Source: an uncultured virus (IMG/VR IMGVR_UViG_3300042350_004632)
Lineage: Duplodnaviria > Heunggongvirae > Uroviricota > Caudoviricetes
Direction: 5' to 3' (one strand)
Length of the DNA stretch: 64,000 nucleotides
Virus record (IMG/VR): IMGVR_UViG_3300042350_004632
Coordinates: 1 to 64,000 of that record
The notes below the pieces were generated by a model that saw nothing but the letters and a program-made list of their open reading frames with translations, had not been told where the DNA came from and searched no databases. The position numbers were made by a program, and so were the translations under genes. Below, piece by piece: positions 9,755 through 21,500 of the stretch (positions within the stretch are counted from its first letter, which is position 1; each line of letters opens with the position of its first letter).

Positions 9755-11500
9755 ATGGCGCAAGAAACATTAATTTCCCCAGGTGTTCTCACAAGAGAGA
9801 ACGACTTATCACAAATAACTCAGCTACCTCCTTCAGTTGGTTTAGCTTTAGTTGGCCCAACTGTTAAAGGACAACCTAACATACCTACCGTTGTTAGATC
9901 ATATAGTGATTATGTAAATCGCTTCGGCGGTTCATTTATCAGTGGTGGCGCTTCTTATGAATTTTTAACTTCAATAGCAGCATTTAACTATTTTCAACAA
10001 GGTGGTACTAGTATATTAGTAACAAGAGTAGTGACTAGCTCATTTACACCAGCTTCAGCTAGTGTAATGATATCAGGTAGTAATTCAGTATCTTCATTCA
10101 CTTTAGAAACACTAAATTATGGCGATATGGCTGATAATAGTGGTTCTATTTTAAGTAACGGTTCATTAGAAAGTGGATCTCAAGAAAATGTAAGATGGGA
10201 AGTAAGAAATGTAAACTCAGGTAGTGGTACATTTACTTTATTAGTTCGTCGTGGTGATGATAACACAAATACTCCTGTAATTTTAGAAACATATACAAAC
10301 GTTTCTCTAGATCCAAATCAACCAAACTACATTGAACTAGTATTAGGTAACCAATCCAAAACAGTTCAGTATGACGCTGATATGGGTGGTTATTATATTA
10401 AAATATCTGGTGACTATCCAAATAATAGTCGCTATGTAAGAGTGAAATCAGTTAACAAAACTACTCCAAATTATTTTAACAACGCCGGTGGTGTTGCTGT
10501 AGATGGTACAGGCACTAGTTATTCAGCTTCATTACCATTTGCTGGTAGTGGTTCTTATGGTGGTTCATTTAATTTCGCTGTAGGTAACGATATTCCACTT
10601 ATTGGTAATACTTTATTTAGTAATATTGGTGCTTCAACTCAAGGTTTAGTAGCTAGTAATTATGTAACAGCAAGTAATATTTTATCTAATAAAGATGAAT
10701 ATGATTATGAATTATTAGTAACACCAGGTTTGATCCAAAATCAACACTCATCAGCTGTATCAAGCTTTATTCAAAATGCTGAAAACAGAGGTGATTTCTT
10801 TTATATTACTGACTTAACAGTTTATAATTCATCTATTGGAACCCCAGTTAATGTAGCTGCTGGTATGGATACTAACTATGCAGGTGCTTATTGGCCTTGG
10901 GTTCAAGTTGTATCTCAAGAAACTGGAAAGTTAGTTTGGGTACCTGCTTCAACAGTAATGGCTGGTGTTTATGCTTTCAATGATAGTGTAAGTGCTGAAT
11001 GGTTCGCTCCAGCAGGTCTTAACAGAGGTGGATTAGGTGGTGTTATTCAAGCAGAAAGAAAATTATCTCCAACAAATCGTGATAATTTATATGCTGCTAA
11101 AGTTAATCCAATTGCTACTTTCCCTAATGTAGGTGTAACAGCTTTTGGTCAAAAAACATTACAACAAAAATCAAGTGCTTTAGATAGAATTAACGTTCGT
11201 AGATTATTAATTGCTCTTAAACGTTACATAGGTGATATTGCTAAAACATTAGTGTTTGAACAAAATACAACAATCACTCGTAATCGTTTCTTATCTCAAG
11301 CAACTCCATACTTAGAAAGTGTACAACAACGTCAAGGTTTATATGCGTTCAAAGTAGTAATGGATGATACAAATAACACTCCAGATGTAATTGATAGAAA
11401 TCAATTAGTAGGTCAAATTTACTTACAACCAACTCGTACAGCAGAATTTATCTTACTTGATTTCAACATCTTACCAACTGGTGTAGAATTTGGTTCATAA
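9755..11500 (+). CDS. Contractile tail sheath protein (T4 gp18-like)
   Basis: 'ISPGVLTRENDLS', 'WFAPAGLNRG', 'FGQKTLQ..SALDRINVRRLL', 'IYLQPTRTAEFI'. Confidence 0.95.
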   Translation: MAQETLISPGVLTRENDLSQITQLPPSVGLALVGPTVKGQPNIPTVVRSYSDYVNRFGGSFISGGASYEFLTSIAAFNYFQQGGTSILVTRVVTSSFTPASASVMISGSNSVSSFTLETLNYGDMADNSGSILSNGSLESGSQENVRWEVRNVNSGSGTFTLLVRRGDDNTNTPVILETYTNVSLDPNQPNYIELVLGNQSKTVQYDADMGGYYIKISGDYPNNSRYVRVKSVNKTTPNYFNNAGGVAVDGTGTSYSASLPFAGSGSYGGSFNFAVGNDIPLIGNTLFSNIGASTQGLVASNYVTASNILSNKDEYDYELLVTPGLIQNQHSSAVSSFIQNAENRGDFFYITDLTVYNSSIGTPVNVAAGMDTNYAGAYWPWVQVVSQETGKLVWVPASTVMAGVYAFNDSVSAEWFAPAGLNRGGLGGVIQAERKLSPTNRDNLYAAKVNPIATFPNVGVTAFGQKTLQQKSSALDRINVRRLLIALKRYIGDIAKTLVFEQNTTITRNRFLSQATPYLESVQQRQGLYAFKVVMDDTNNTPDVIDRNQLVGQIYLQPTRTAEFILLDFNILPTGVEFGS

Positions 11501-11516
11501 TAAAATAAAAAAATAA

Positions 11517-11801
11517 ATGAGTAAAATAAAACTAAAAGAATTTGAAGACGACGCATCCGCTGATTCAGCGGTTGCGGGCGTTACTTCTTCTTTAACTAAA
11601 TTAGCTTCTGCTATTTCAAATGCTAAAGATTATTCTCGTGTAATTGAAGCACTTATGAAATGGTTAAAAAACAAAAAAGGTAGTCAATTAAGTGGTCTTG
11701 ATAGTAATCAAAACTATAAAATGGTAATGAGCTACCTAAATAAAATGCAATCAGATCTTGACGATAAAGATAAAAAACAACCTGAACAACCAGTTGCATA
11801 G
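11517..11801 (+). CDS. Hypothetical protein between sheath and tube
   Basis: 94-aa ORF with an A-rich leader. Confidence 0.6.
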   Translation: MSKIKLKEFEDDASADSAVAGVTSSLTKLASAISNAKDYSRVIEALMKWLKNKKGSQLSGLDSNQNYKMVMSYLNKMQSDLDDKDKKQPEQPVA

Positions 11802-11839
11802 AAATAATAATTATTAATATTTATATTAAACAATAGACA

Positions 11840-12325
11840 ATGGCAGTATTAGACCCAACAGAAATCATGTTCACAGCGTTTGAACCTAAAGTTCAAAATC
11901 GCTTTTTGATGTACATCGATGGTATCCCTTCATATTTAATCAAAAAAGCATCTTCACCTTCTTTCAACGCTGGTGAGGTTATATTAGACCATATAAATGT
12001 TTACCGTAAAGTAAAAGGTAAAGTTAGATGGAATGACATGACTTTAGAATTATACGATCCTGTAACTCCAAGTGGTGCTCAAGCAGTAATGGAATGGGCT
12101 CGTTTAGCACATGAATCAGTAACAGGTAGAGATGGATATAGTGATTTCTATAAAAAAGATATACGCTTAGATATCTTAGGTCCTGTAGGTGATGTAGTAG
12201 GTGAGTGGATTATTAAAGGAGCTTATGTTAAAGAAGCTAACTTTGGTGAATATGATTGGGCTAACGAAGCTTATGTAACTATCAATACTACAATAGCAAT
12301 GGATTATTGTATTTTGAATTACTAA
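11840..12325 (+). CDS. Tail tube protein (T4 gp19-like)
   Basis: 'FEPKVQNRF', 'KGKVRWNDMTLELYDP', 'YKKDIRLDILGPVGDVVGEW'; follows the sheath gene. Confidence 0.9.
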   Translation: MAVLDPTEIMFTAFEPKVQNRFLMYIDGIPSYLIKKASSPSFNAGEVILDHINVYRKVKGKVRWNDMTLELYDPVTPSGAQAVMEWARLAHESVTGRDGYSDFYKKDIRLDILGPVGDVVGEWIIKGAYVKEANFGEYDWANEAYVTINTTIAMDYCILNY

Positions 12326-12343
12326 AAATATTCAATATATTTT

Positions 12344-12373
12344 AAAGAGCCGTCCTTTTGGACGGCTTTTTTT
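12344..12373 (+). terminator. Intrinsic terminator
   Basis: AGCCGTCC-TTTT-GGACGGCT hairpin plus T-run. Confidence 0.8.
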
Positions 12374-12412
12374 ATCTTTATATATTTATATATATAAAAC
12401 AAATACAACGTT

Positions 12413-13177
12413 ATGGAACAAAATTACAAATATCCAACAGAACAAATTGACTTACCTTCTAAAGGTTTAATCTACCCTCCAGAATCACCATTATCAAAAG
12501 GAGTTATTGAGATGAAATACATGACAGCAAAAGAAGAAGATATTTTATCTAATGCTAACTTTATTAAAAATGGTACTGTAATTGATAAGTTATTACAATC
12601 AATGATTGTAACACCTATTGATTATAAAGAATTATTAAATGGAGATAAAAATGCTATATTAATAGCTGCTCGTATTTTAGGTTATGGTAAAGATTATGAA
12701 ATTTTATTCACTGATCCAAAAACAGGAACAACTGAAAAAACAATAGTTGACCTAACATTACTTGAAGCTAAATTATTAGATGAATCATTATATACTCCAG
12801 GTAAAAATGAATTTAGTCTACAATTACCTTTTTCAAAAGTGACAGTTACTTTTAAATTATTAAATCATAATGATGAAAATAAAATAGAAAAAGAAATTAA
12901 AGGACTAGAAAAAATTAACGCTCAAGGCGCATATGATGTTACAACTCGTTTAAAACATACTATTGTAGCAGTTAATGGAGATAGAGATCAAGCCAACATC
13001 AGAGAATTTTGTGATAATATGTTAGCTAGAGATGTTAAAGCATTACGTGAACAAATTAATAAAGTAATGCCCGATGTTAATATGAAAATTGATATAACCA
13101 GATCTAATGGCGACGTAGTGGAGGGCGTTGACTTACCAATAGGAGTTAACTTTTTTTGGCCTGACTCCGGAGTATAA
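12413..13177 (+). CDS. Tail assembly chaperone / baseplate hub assembly protein (T4 gp26-like)
   Basis: 'IDLPSKGLIY', 'MTAKEEDIL', 'ILIAARILGYG', ending 'NFFWPD'; sits between tube and tape measure. Confidence 0.75.
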   Translation: MEQNYKYPTEQIDLPSKGLIYPPESPLSKGVIEMKYMTAKEEDILSNANFIKNGTVIDKLLQSMIVTPIDYKELLNGDKNAILIAARILGYGKDYEILFTDPKTGTTEKTIVDLTLLEAKLLDESLYTPGKNEFSLQLPFSKVTVTFKLLNHNDENKIEKEIKGLEKINAQGAYDVTTRLKHTIVAVNGDRDQANIREFCDNMLARDVKALREQINKVMPDVNMKIDITRSNGDVVEGVDLPIGVNFFWPDSGV

Positions 13178-13439
13178 GAAAATAATACTAGACGAAATAT
13201 TTCTACTTTGTTATCACAGTAATGGTGGTTTCATACATGATGAAGTATATAATATGCCTATAAGATATAGGAGATTTTATTTACAAAAATTAATTGAAAC
13301 TAATGAAAAACAACAAGAAGAAATGGATAAAAAATACGGTAATGCTAAGAAAACTGAAACATTAGGTCCAAGTAAAAAACCTCGAGAACCATTACCAATA
13401 CCAGATTTTGCAACAAAAGTAAGAGCGCCTAAAAAATAG
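13152..13439 (+). CDS. gp51-like chaperone extension, probably expressed by frameshift from 12413 (first ATG only at 13254)
   Basis: +1 frame is open from 13143 through the T7 run: FFGLTPEYKKIILDEIFLLCYHSNGGFIHDEVYNMPIRYRRFYLQKL. Confidence 0.65.
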   Translation, partial: FFGLTPEYKKIILDEIFLLCYHSNGGFIHDEVYNMPIRYRRFYLQKLIETNEKQQEEMDKKYGNAKKTETLGPSKKPREPLPIPDFATKVRAPKK

Positions 13440-13447
13440 GCGCTTTT
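13421..13447 (+). terminator. Possible intrinsic terminator
   Basis: AGCGCCT-AAAAAAT-AGGCGCT-TTT overlapping the stop codon. Confidence 0.55.
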
Positions 13448-13477
13448 AATATTTATACCCGATATAAACTAGCTTAA

Positions 13478-15856
13478 ATGGGAGATCCAATATTACCAAC
13501 TCAAGAGGAATTAAATAGACTGCAAAAAATTGAAGAACTTTCAATAACACTAGAAGACTCTTTTCAGTCAATGGCTGCTAGTCTAGCTAAAATGGCTAAA
13601 AATCATAAAGAAATCTCTGAAGATGATTTACCCGCTAATGTTGCTTTAACAAAAGAATTAGTTAAAAGTTATAATTTATTATCTAAAAAAGCTTTTGATT
13701 TAGTAGAAAATACTGAGAAATTAAACACAGGATCTATTAAAAGTAAAGATATTCAAAAGCAAATAGAAATAATAGAAAGAGAAAAAGTTCTTAATGCTAG
13801 AAAATTTAATATACTTAAAGATAGAGGAGTACAATTTAATCAAGAAGAACTTAGAATACAAAGTGATTCTATACAAAATTCTGATACTCAAATTCAACAA
13901 CTACAAGAACAAGTTGCTGAAGCTAAAAAATTAGAAAAAACAGCTGGTTTAACATCTAAAATATTTGAGGGTATTAAAGATATACCTTTTGTTAATAAAT
14001 TAGTTGATGCTGAAAAAGTTACTGAAGCTATATATATAAACGCTAAAAAAACAGAAAATTCATATAAAGCGTTTGGAGCAGGTGCATCAAATATATTTGG
14101 TCAAATGACAAAAAGCTTAAAAGATCCATTATTGCAACTTACATTAATGGCTGCTTTTTATAAAAAAATATTTGATTTAGCTAAAGAGCATGATGAAATG
14201 CTAACTAAGAGTGGACGACAGTTAGTAATGAATAAAGAAGCATCAAATGATTTATATAAAAACTACTCCAATTATGCTAGCTCAGTTCATGATTCTTTTG
14301 TTACTGGAAAACGTTTACTTGAATCAAATTTAGCATTAAATGAAGCATTAGGTACAACAGTTGCTTTTAGTGAAAAAAGTGCAGATGCATTTGCTCGTCT
14401 ATCTCATTTTTATGGTTTAAGTGCTGAACAAGCAGGTAAATTAGAAGAGTTAGGTCAAGAACAAGATAAAGACGCTAGTTTTATTCTTAACACTACTATT
14501 AAAACAGCGGCACAACAAAAATTACAATTTGGAGGTGCTATAAGCTATCAAAATGTACTTAAAAAAGTAAGTGGAGTAAGTGGTGAAATTTTAACTAAAT
14601 TCAAAGGTAATACAGCTGCTTTAGTTGAAGCTGTAATGCAAGCCGATAGATTAGGTTTAACACTAGAACAAGTAGATAAAATTGGTGAATCATTACTTAA
14701 TTTTGAATCATCAATTGAATCTGAACTTAAAGCAGAACTACTAACAGGTAAAGCAATTAACTTAGAAAAAGCTAGATCTGCTGCTTTATCTGGTGATACA
14801 GCTAAATTAACTGAAGCAATAGTAGAACAAGTAGGTAATATTCATGATTTTGAAAGAATGAATGTTATTCAAAGAAAAGCATATGCTGAAGTATTTGGAA
14901 TGGGTGTGAATGAAATGGGTGATATGCTTCGTAAAAAAGAATTTGAAGCCAAATTAGGAGACAAAGTATCAGCATCAGCAGAAGAACAACTTAAATATGC
15001 TACAGAACATGGTATAACAATGTCTGAGTCTATTAAACAAAGTCTTGAACAAAAAAGTTTAGCTGAAGAACAAAAAGAAATATTTGATAAATTAAGAGAT
15101 GTTATTCGTAAAATTACATCAGGACCAATGCTCGCGTTTTTTCATTTAATAGAAAAATCACTTAGTGGAGTATTAAAACTAGTAGAAGGATTTGGAGCAT
15201 TGACTGGAGGAGCTTTAGGTACAGCTTTAGGAGCTGCATTGTTAGGATTACCTTTAGCTTTAATGTCTTTTAAATTATTAAAAGGTACTATCCTTAATCC
15301 TATGATTACTAAAGATATTAGTATGACTAGAATGGGAGGAGGAATGGGACCTGTAGCTTCAAATTCAATAACTTCATCAAGAGGTTTAACACTTACAAGA
15401 GCTGGAGGTCCATCATCTGTTGTCACTCCTGGAGCTGGTAAAGGAGGATTTGGAGCATTTTCACCTAAAGCTATGGGTGTAGGATTGGGACTTGGGGTAG
15501 GAGGAATGGCTTTATCTAGCGCGGCTGGAGGAATGGAGGAAGGAGGTGCTAAAGATACTGTTAGTGTTTTAGGAGGGGCAGCGACAGGAGCTGGTGTAGG
15601 TATGATGTTTGGGCCATGGGGCGCTGCTATTGGAGCTGTAGTTGGTGGAGTTGGTAGTTTAATTAGTGTATTAAATGAATCTGAAGAACGTAAAAAACAA
15701 GAAACAGCCTCCGCTAAAGAAAGTGAGAAAAAAACAACAGACTTATTAAATCAATTAGCTGTTCGACCTATTAATCTAAATGTTGGTGGTAAAACCATTA
15801 TGGAATATAACACCGCATCTGATTTATTTGGAACTCAAAATAGCTCATTTAAATAA
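13478..15856 (+). CDS. Tape measure protein
   Basis: Long helical protein with Gly/Ala-rich hydrophobic C-terminal segments ('GMMFGPWGAAIGAVVGG'); follows the chaperone. Confidence 0.8.
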   Translation: MGDPILPTQEELNRLQKIEELSITLEDSFQSMAASLAKMAKNHKEISEDDLPANVALTKELVKSYNLLSKKAFDLVENTEKLNTGSIKSKDIQKQIEIIEREKVLNARKFNILKDRGVQFNQEELRIQSDSIQNSDTQIQQLQEQVAEAKKLEKTAGLTSKIFEGIKDIPFVNKLVDAEKVTEAIYINAKKTENSYKAFGAGASNIFGQMTKSLKDPLLQLTLMAAFYKKIFDLAKEHDEMLTKSGRQLVMNKEASNDLYKNYSNYASSVHDSFVTGKRLLESNLALNEALGTTVAFSEKSADAFARLSHFYGLSAEQAGKLEELGQEQDKDASFILNTTIKTAAQQKLQFGGAISYQNVLKKVSGVSGEILTKFKGNTAALVEAVMQADRLGLTLEQVDKIGESLLNFESSIESELKAELLTGKAINLEKARSAALSGDTAKLTEAIVEQVGNIHDFERMNVIQRKAYAEVFGMGVNEMGDMLRKKEFEAKLGDKVSASAEEQLKYATEHGITMSESIKQSLEQKSLAEEQKEIFDKLRDVIRKITSGPMLAFFHLIEKSLSGVLKLVEGFGALTGGALGTALGAALLGLPLALMSFKLLKGTILNPMITKDISMTRMGGGMGPVASNSITSSRGLTLTRAGGPSSVVTPGAGKGGFGAFSPKAMGVGLGLGVGGMALSSAAGGMEEGGAKDTVSVLGGAATGAGVGMMFGPWGAAIGAVVGGVGSLISVLNESEERKKQETASAKESEKKTTDLLNQLAVRPINLNVGGKTIMEYNTASDLFGTQNSSFK

Positions 15857-15891
15857 CAAAAATATAACATATTTATATAAAACATAGTATC

Positions 15892-16431
15892 ATGGCATTA
15901 TTTGATAAATTAAAAGATAGTACACTTAGCTTAAATGGACAACCAGGTCTTAATTTTGAAAATGAAACACAACGTTTCACATCAAATATTCAAGCTTTAG
16001 CTAGAAATAATAATTTAGTATCCTCTCAAGATTTACAACTTGGAAGAACATATGGACAATCTCCAAATAGAACTACAGTTCCAACATCAGTATTAGATAT
16101 AAATGGTACAACACCTGCTAATTATGATGTATTAAAAACATTTAGTCTTGATAAAAGATTAGAATTTAGTAGATATGGATTAAGAGGTCAACAAGGACCT
16201 AATTTTGAAAATGTAAGTCAATTAAGTACTTCTGATATCCAAGCATTAGCTAGTAATAACATACTAAAATCATCTCAAGATTTAATATCAGGTAGAAAAT
16301 ATGGAACTGGAAGATTTTCAGTATTTGTTCCACCATCTTCATTAGACACAAATAGTAATCCATTTTATCCATCATTAGGTGGTACTAATGCTGTTTATAA
16401 AAATAAAGGTCCTAAAGAAGGAAGATACTAA
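15892..16431 (+). CDS. Hypothetical tail-module protein with an internal duplication of about 75 aa
   Basis: 'GxxGxNFEN..TSxIQALAxNNxLxSSQDL..GRxYG' occurs twice. Confidence 0.65.
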   Translation: MALFDKLKDSTLSLNGQPGLNFENETQRFTSNIQALARNNNLVSSQDLQLGRTYGQSPNRTTVPTSVLDINGTTPANYDVLKTFSLDKRLEFSRYGLRGQQGPNFENVSQLSTSDIQALASNNILKSSQDLISGRKYGTGRFSVFVPPSSLDTNSNPFYPSLGGTNAVYKNKGPKEGRY

Positions 16432-16446
16432 AACCAAAAGCAATAG

Positions 16447-18198
16447 ATGCCATTTCTAAACTTAAACAACAGTTGGTCTGATTTATCTAAATACTACAAT
16501 CAAAATTTCAATAGCAAACCAGAAATACCTGCTATTAGATTCAATGATTATGGTGATGGCCTAATACGTGGTGGTATATTAAATACAACTTTAGCATCTG
16601 TTAGAGACACAGCACGTATAAGTAAATTTTATGCATCTGGACGAGGCGCTTTATTTATAATTAAACAAGTTGGATTACAAAAATCAAATCCAGAACTTGA
16701 ACTGCCTGCTAATAACGGACCTATATCTAATACCAATTTAAGAAAACTAAATGTAAGATCATCTTCAAGTTTAGTGAACAAAGCAGCTAATGCTATTAAT
16801 ACAGTTTCAACTGTAGCTAATAATTACGCTAATAAAATTGGTCCAACACGCACTTATAACTTAGGAATTAATACATTAGCTCAAATACCACTTAACGCTA
16901 TAGGAGGCCATATTATAAGACATGGTTTAACACCTGTTGGAGGAGTTGGATTTTTAGGAGGAGATAGTAGTACTATTCAAGGTTATAATTATGAAAAAAT
17001 AACTAACGACAATAATATACTTCAAGGAGATGTTATTGGTTTTTCTAAAGGATTTTATGATAGTGATTATTATGGTAAAAATCCTAATAGATTAATGAAT
17101 TATCTATCTATCATTAACAATAATGATAATGGAGTTACTAATTTATTAACATATGATGGTGGAGCTTCTTCTGTCTATGGGATTGGTCAAACCCGTATTA
17201 ATACAACTAATGTTAGAACTACTATAGGTAAAAGTATTCTAACTCCAGGAGCTGAAAAAAATCTAAATGGATTTACACCATTAACTAATGGTCAAATTAG
17301 TATAGCTCCTCAAGCTGAATTAAATAGTTCTTTAAAAGATCAGTTAAAAAACTCTCCCCTATCTATTAATAATAATGAGTCTAATTTTAATATTGAAAGT
17401 AGAATAGGTATATCACGTGGAAGTAAAAATCCAATCAATAGAAATGTAGATTCTATAAATGCTATAAGTATACTAAATAACGGAACTTTTTACGGCAATT
17501 CACTAGCAACAAACTCAGATGCTAATTCAAAAACTCCTGGTTTATTCACTTATTCAAGTGGATCAAATAGTGAAGTAAATGGTGAAAGTAAATTTGGTCG
17601 TGATATAATTAAATTTAGACTTGAATTTTTAAATAATAATGTTTCATCTACTAGTACAGATGTATTAGCGTTTAGAGCATATATTGATGATTTTAATGAT
17701 GGAATGAGTGCTAGATGGAATCCATATCGTTACATGGGTAGAGGTGAGGAATTTTATGTATATGATGGTTTTACAAGAGATATAAGTGTATCATTTACAA
17801 TGTATGCTCATTCTCCTGAGGAAATGAGACCATTATATCAAAAGTTAAATTATTTAATGTCTACATTTGCTCCTGACTATAGCGAAAAACTAAAAATGAG
17901 AGGTAATATAGGTTACTTAACAGTTGGTGATTATTTATATAGACAACCAGGTGTATTCACTGATATTAAATTAAGTGGATTTCTAGATACACATTGGGAA
18001 ATAGCTTTAAATGATCCTGAAAATGGTTCTGATGTTGGTCAATATGAGACACCTAAACATATTAAGGTAGCTTTATCATTTAAACCAATACATACATTCT
18101 TACCTCGTAGAGCATACAAAGACACATTATCTAAAGTACCGTTTATCACTCGTGATAAAGCAGCGTATAATTTGCCTACTAACAAATATTTGGACTAG
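16447..18198 (+). CDS. Baseplate/tail-tube initiator-like protein
   Basis: C-terminal 'FRAYIDDFND..W..YMGRGEEFYVYDGFTRDISVSF' tube-like domain; position in the module. Confidence 0.6.
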   Translation: MPFLNLNNSWSDLSKYYNQNFNSKPEIPAIRFNDYGDGLIRGGILNTTLASVRDTARISKFYASGRGALFIIKQVGLQKSNPELELPANNGPISNTNLRKLNVRSSSSLVNKAANAINTVSTVANNYANKIGPTRTYNLGINTLAQIPLNAIGGHIIRHGLTPVGGVGFLGGDSSTIQGYNYEKITNDNNILQGDVIGFSKGFYDSDYYGKNPNRLMNYLSIINNNDNGVTNLLTYDGGASSVYGIGQTRINTTNVRTTIGKSILTPGAEKNLNGFTPLTNGQISIAPQAELNSSLKDQLKNSPLSINNNESNFNIESRIGISRGSKNPINRNVDSINAISILNNGTFYGNSLATNSDANSKTPGLFTYSSGSNSEVNGESKFGRDIIKFRLEFLNNNVSSTSTDVLAFRAYIDDFNDGMSARWNPYRYMGRGEEFYVYDGFTRDISVSFTMYAHSPEEMRPLYQKLNYLMSTFAPDYSEKLKMRGNIGYLTVGDYLYRQPGVFTDIKLSGFLDTHWEIALNDPENGSDVGQYETPKHIKVALSFKPIHTFLPRRAYKDTLSKVPFITRDKAAYNLPTNKYLD

Positions 18199-18231
18199 TC
18201 AAATTTCCCAATTAAATTCATATTTATTATC

Positions 18232-18549
18232 ATGGATCGCTATGATAATAATAATATACTTCTAACTACTCCTACGGTGCAAGATCCAAAGGTAATCAGA
18301 TATCGTTCATCAACTAAATATCCAGATGTACCATTATCTGAAACCGATGTTTATCTTTACACAATGCGTGGGGATAGATTAGATAATTTAGCTTACCAAT
18401 TTTATGGTGACTCAACATTATGGTGGATACTATCAACAGCTAATCCAGATTTGCCAAATGATTCATTATATCCAACTCTTGGTTATCAGTTAAGAATACC
18501 TACTGATATTAACCAAATATTAAATGATTTTGAGCAACTAAATAATTAA
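18232..18549 (+). CDS. LysM-like baseplate wedge protein (gp53-like)
   Basis: 'RGDRLDNLAYQFYGDSTLWWILSTANP...QLRIP'. Confidence 0.85.
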   Translation: MDRYDNNNILLTTPTVQDPKVIRYRSSTKYPDVPLSETDVYLYTMRGDRLDNLAYQFYGDSTLWWILSTANPDLPNDSLYPTLGYQLRIPTDINQILNDFEQLNN

Positions 18550-18557
18550 AAAGTGTT

Positions 18558-21500
18558 ATGTCAATATTTAAAAGTACTCTTAAACCTGAAATAGCAGCTC
18601 AGCTTAAAGCTCGTGAAAAAATTATTTCACAAACTTCAGATTCTGGTGTTAAAGATAAAAAAGGTAATCCTATTTTTAATATAGGTACATTACCTAGAGA
18701 TAGCAACTTTCTTCGTTTTGCAGCTGGAAAAAATTCATGGGTTAGAATGGTATCATTTGTTGATGCTGACTATGGTTGTAAAAAAATAAAAAACAGCAGT
18801 GGTGAAGATATTATTAATCCAACAACAAATAAACCAAAAGTAGAATGTTTATATACAGGTAATCAATTAGCTAAAAAATATATTTTAGAAGGTGGTACTT
18901 TATATAACAGTGGTAAAGAAGGAGATGATACATTTTCTCTCAGAAGAGGAGTAAATAAAACAGATGGAGTGTATGGTAGTAATATAGATAGAATATCTAA
19001 CACAGGAACCACATTAGATAGACCATTAGGTTTAAGACCAATGCCTGGTATTACATCATTAAATGTTACTAATAAAAGTGCTTATGGTTCATTAAGAGAA
19101 GCTACTGTTGAATATTACTGTTGGGATAAACATCAATTAGAAGAAATAGAACTTCTATATATGAGACCAGGCTATTCAGTCATGCTAGAATGGGGATGGT
19201 CACAATATCTAGATCATGGTGTCGCTAATGATATAAATAAATATCCTGATAATATATCAATAAAAAATTTTGATCTTAATACTATAGATGCTTTTAAAGC
19301 AGAAACTGAAGATTATGTTTATAGTCAAATTGATGAACTTGTATCAAAATCTAAAGGTAATTATGATGCTATTTTAGGACTTGTAAAAAATTTCTCATGG
19401 CAATTAATGCCTAATGGTGGATATCGTTGTACAACTATATTAATATCTAGAGGTGAAGTTTTAGAAACAATAAAAGCTAGTTCTAACCCTAATATTATAT
19501 TAGGTAGCACACCACCTCCTGCGCCTGTTAATATTGATGGAACAACAGTTGGATCAAGTTCTCCTATTTTCACATTATTTGAACGAATATTCTTAACAAT
19601 TAAGGCCGCTATTAATAAAAGTGAAATAACAAATCCTGATGGAGAAATCAGACAACAAATAGTACCAAAACCAAATCCAGAAGATCCAAATACACCTCCT
19701 CCTACTCTTTCAGAAGACGCTCAAGCTCAGTTAGATAAATTTGATACTTATGCTTCTGAAACATATAATTCTATTAAGTCTAATTTGGAAGATCAAAAAA
19801 TCAAATACAAATTTGACATGGGTGATCAATTTGTTGATAGAAATTTTAATTTAAGTATAGCTGGTTTAGGTTTAGTTAGGTTATCTGAGGCATCAACAGA
19901 CGGTACAGGTATAGAATACATGAATATGAAAACATTCATAGTTATACTTAATAGATTTTTTATACCTAGAAATAAAGAAACAGGTGATCCTTTACTTTAC
20001 CTAGTAATACCAGAAGAAACAACTTGTTTAATGAGTGAGGATAGTGTTAGTATTGATCCTACAATATGTTTGATAAGCAATGATTTAGCTACATTTATAA
20101 CAGATAGTGAATCAACAACAGATCAACAAGATCGTGGATTTAACCCTTTAATGTTTAATGGATTTACATTTGATCCTGCTTTAAATTCTTACAAAGCAGG
20201 TTCATCATATGTCTTACCTTCCTTTTATAAACAAGATACTATTAAACAAAAAGATGGTTATAAAGTTGTTAGTGTAGGAAAAATAGGAAATATATATATT
20301 TCTATAGGCAAAATATTAGAAGTATATAGAAAATATTCAGGCGGAGAAAATGGAGTAGATATAACTAAATTATTAACAGAATTACTAGAAGACATATCAT
20401 TTGCCTTAGGTGGAATAAATGACTTCAAATTATACACTAATAGAAATATTATCCAGATAATTGATGCTAAGTACTTAGAGACAGGTGAGGGCGCTAGTAG
20501 TAAATTCATGTTTGATACATTTGGTTTAAAAAGCATATGTCGAGATGTTAAGATTAATTCTCGTATATTTTCTGAACAATCAACTATGATTGGTATAGCC
20601 GCTGGTTCATCAGGAAATGTTAAAAATTTAGGTGATATTTATGCTTCAACACAAACTTATTTTAATGAAGGATTAAGTGATAGAATTAAAAATAATTTAG
20701 ATATATCAACATCTGAAACAGCTGGAAATAGCAGTATTTTAGATAAAGATGGAAAGGAAATAGAAGCTAATACATTATATTATTATAACATATATAATAA
20801 TGTATCAATATTAACAGGTTATATAAATAAAAAAATATTAGGAGATTACACTACAAAATATAATGTATCTACTGCTAATCCTAAAGGAATTAGAGAAACA
20901 AGAATACCACAACAAATAGAAACTAGTAATGCTTCTAATTTATTAAAAACTTTCCATTATCAAATAAATGGTAAAGATGTTAATTTCAAATCAATTATAC
21001 CTTTTGAACTTGAACTCACATTAGACGGGATAGGAGGATTTATTATTGGTCAAATTTTTAGAATTGATAAAGACATGTTACCTAGAAGTTATTATAACTC
21101 TAATGTTGGTTTTATAATCACAGGTATATCTCATTCTTTACAAAGTAATGATTGGATAACAACTTTAAAAACACAAATGTGTTTATTAGATAATGAAGCG
21201 ATTGAACTTTCTATTGATAAAAATAAATTAAAACAAGTAATACAACAGATTAAAACACAAATAAAAGGAAACTCATATTTGGTTTTTGCTATGGCTGATT
21301 ATTTAGTTTATCAAACTCTTAGAACAATAGGTGATAATAATCCAACTTTAAAAGAACCATTTTTAGAAGGAAATAAAAAATTAACTTCAAGTACTATAAG
21401 TTTTGATAGAGTAAAAGCAGATGATGCTGTGTATATATTCAACGCTCTAACAAGTACTACTAAAGCATTAACTTTTGATGAATATCTTACATTATGGTTT

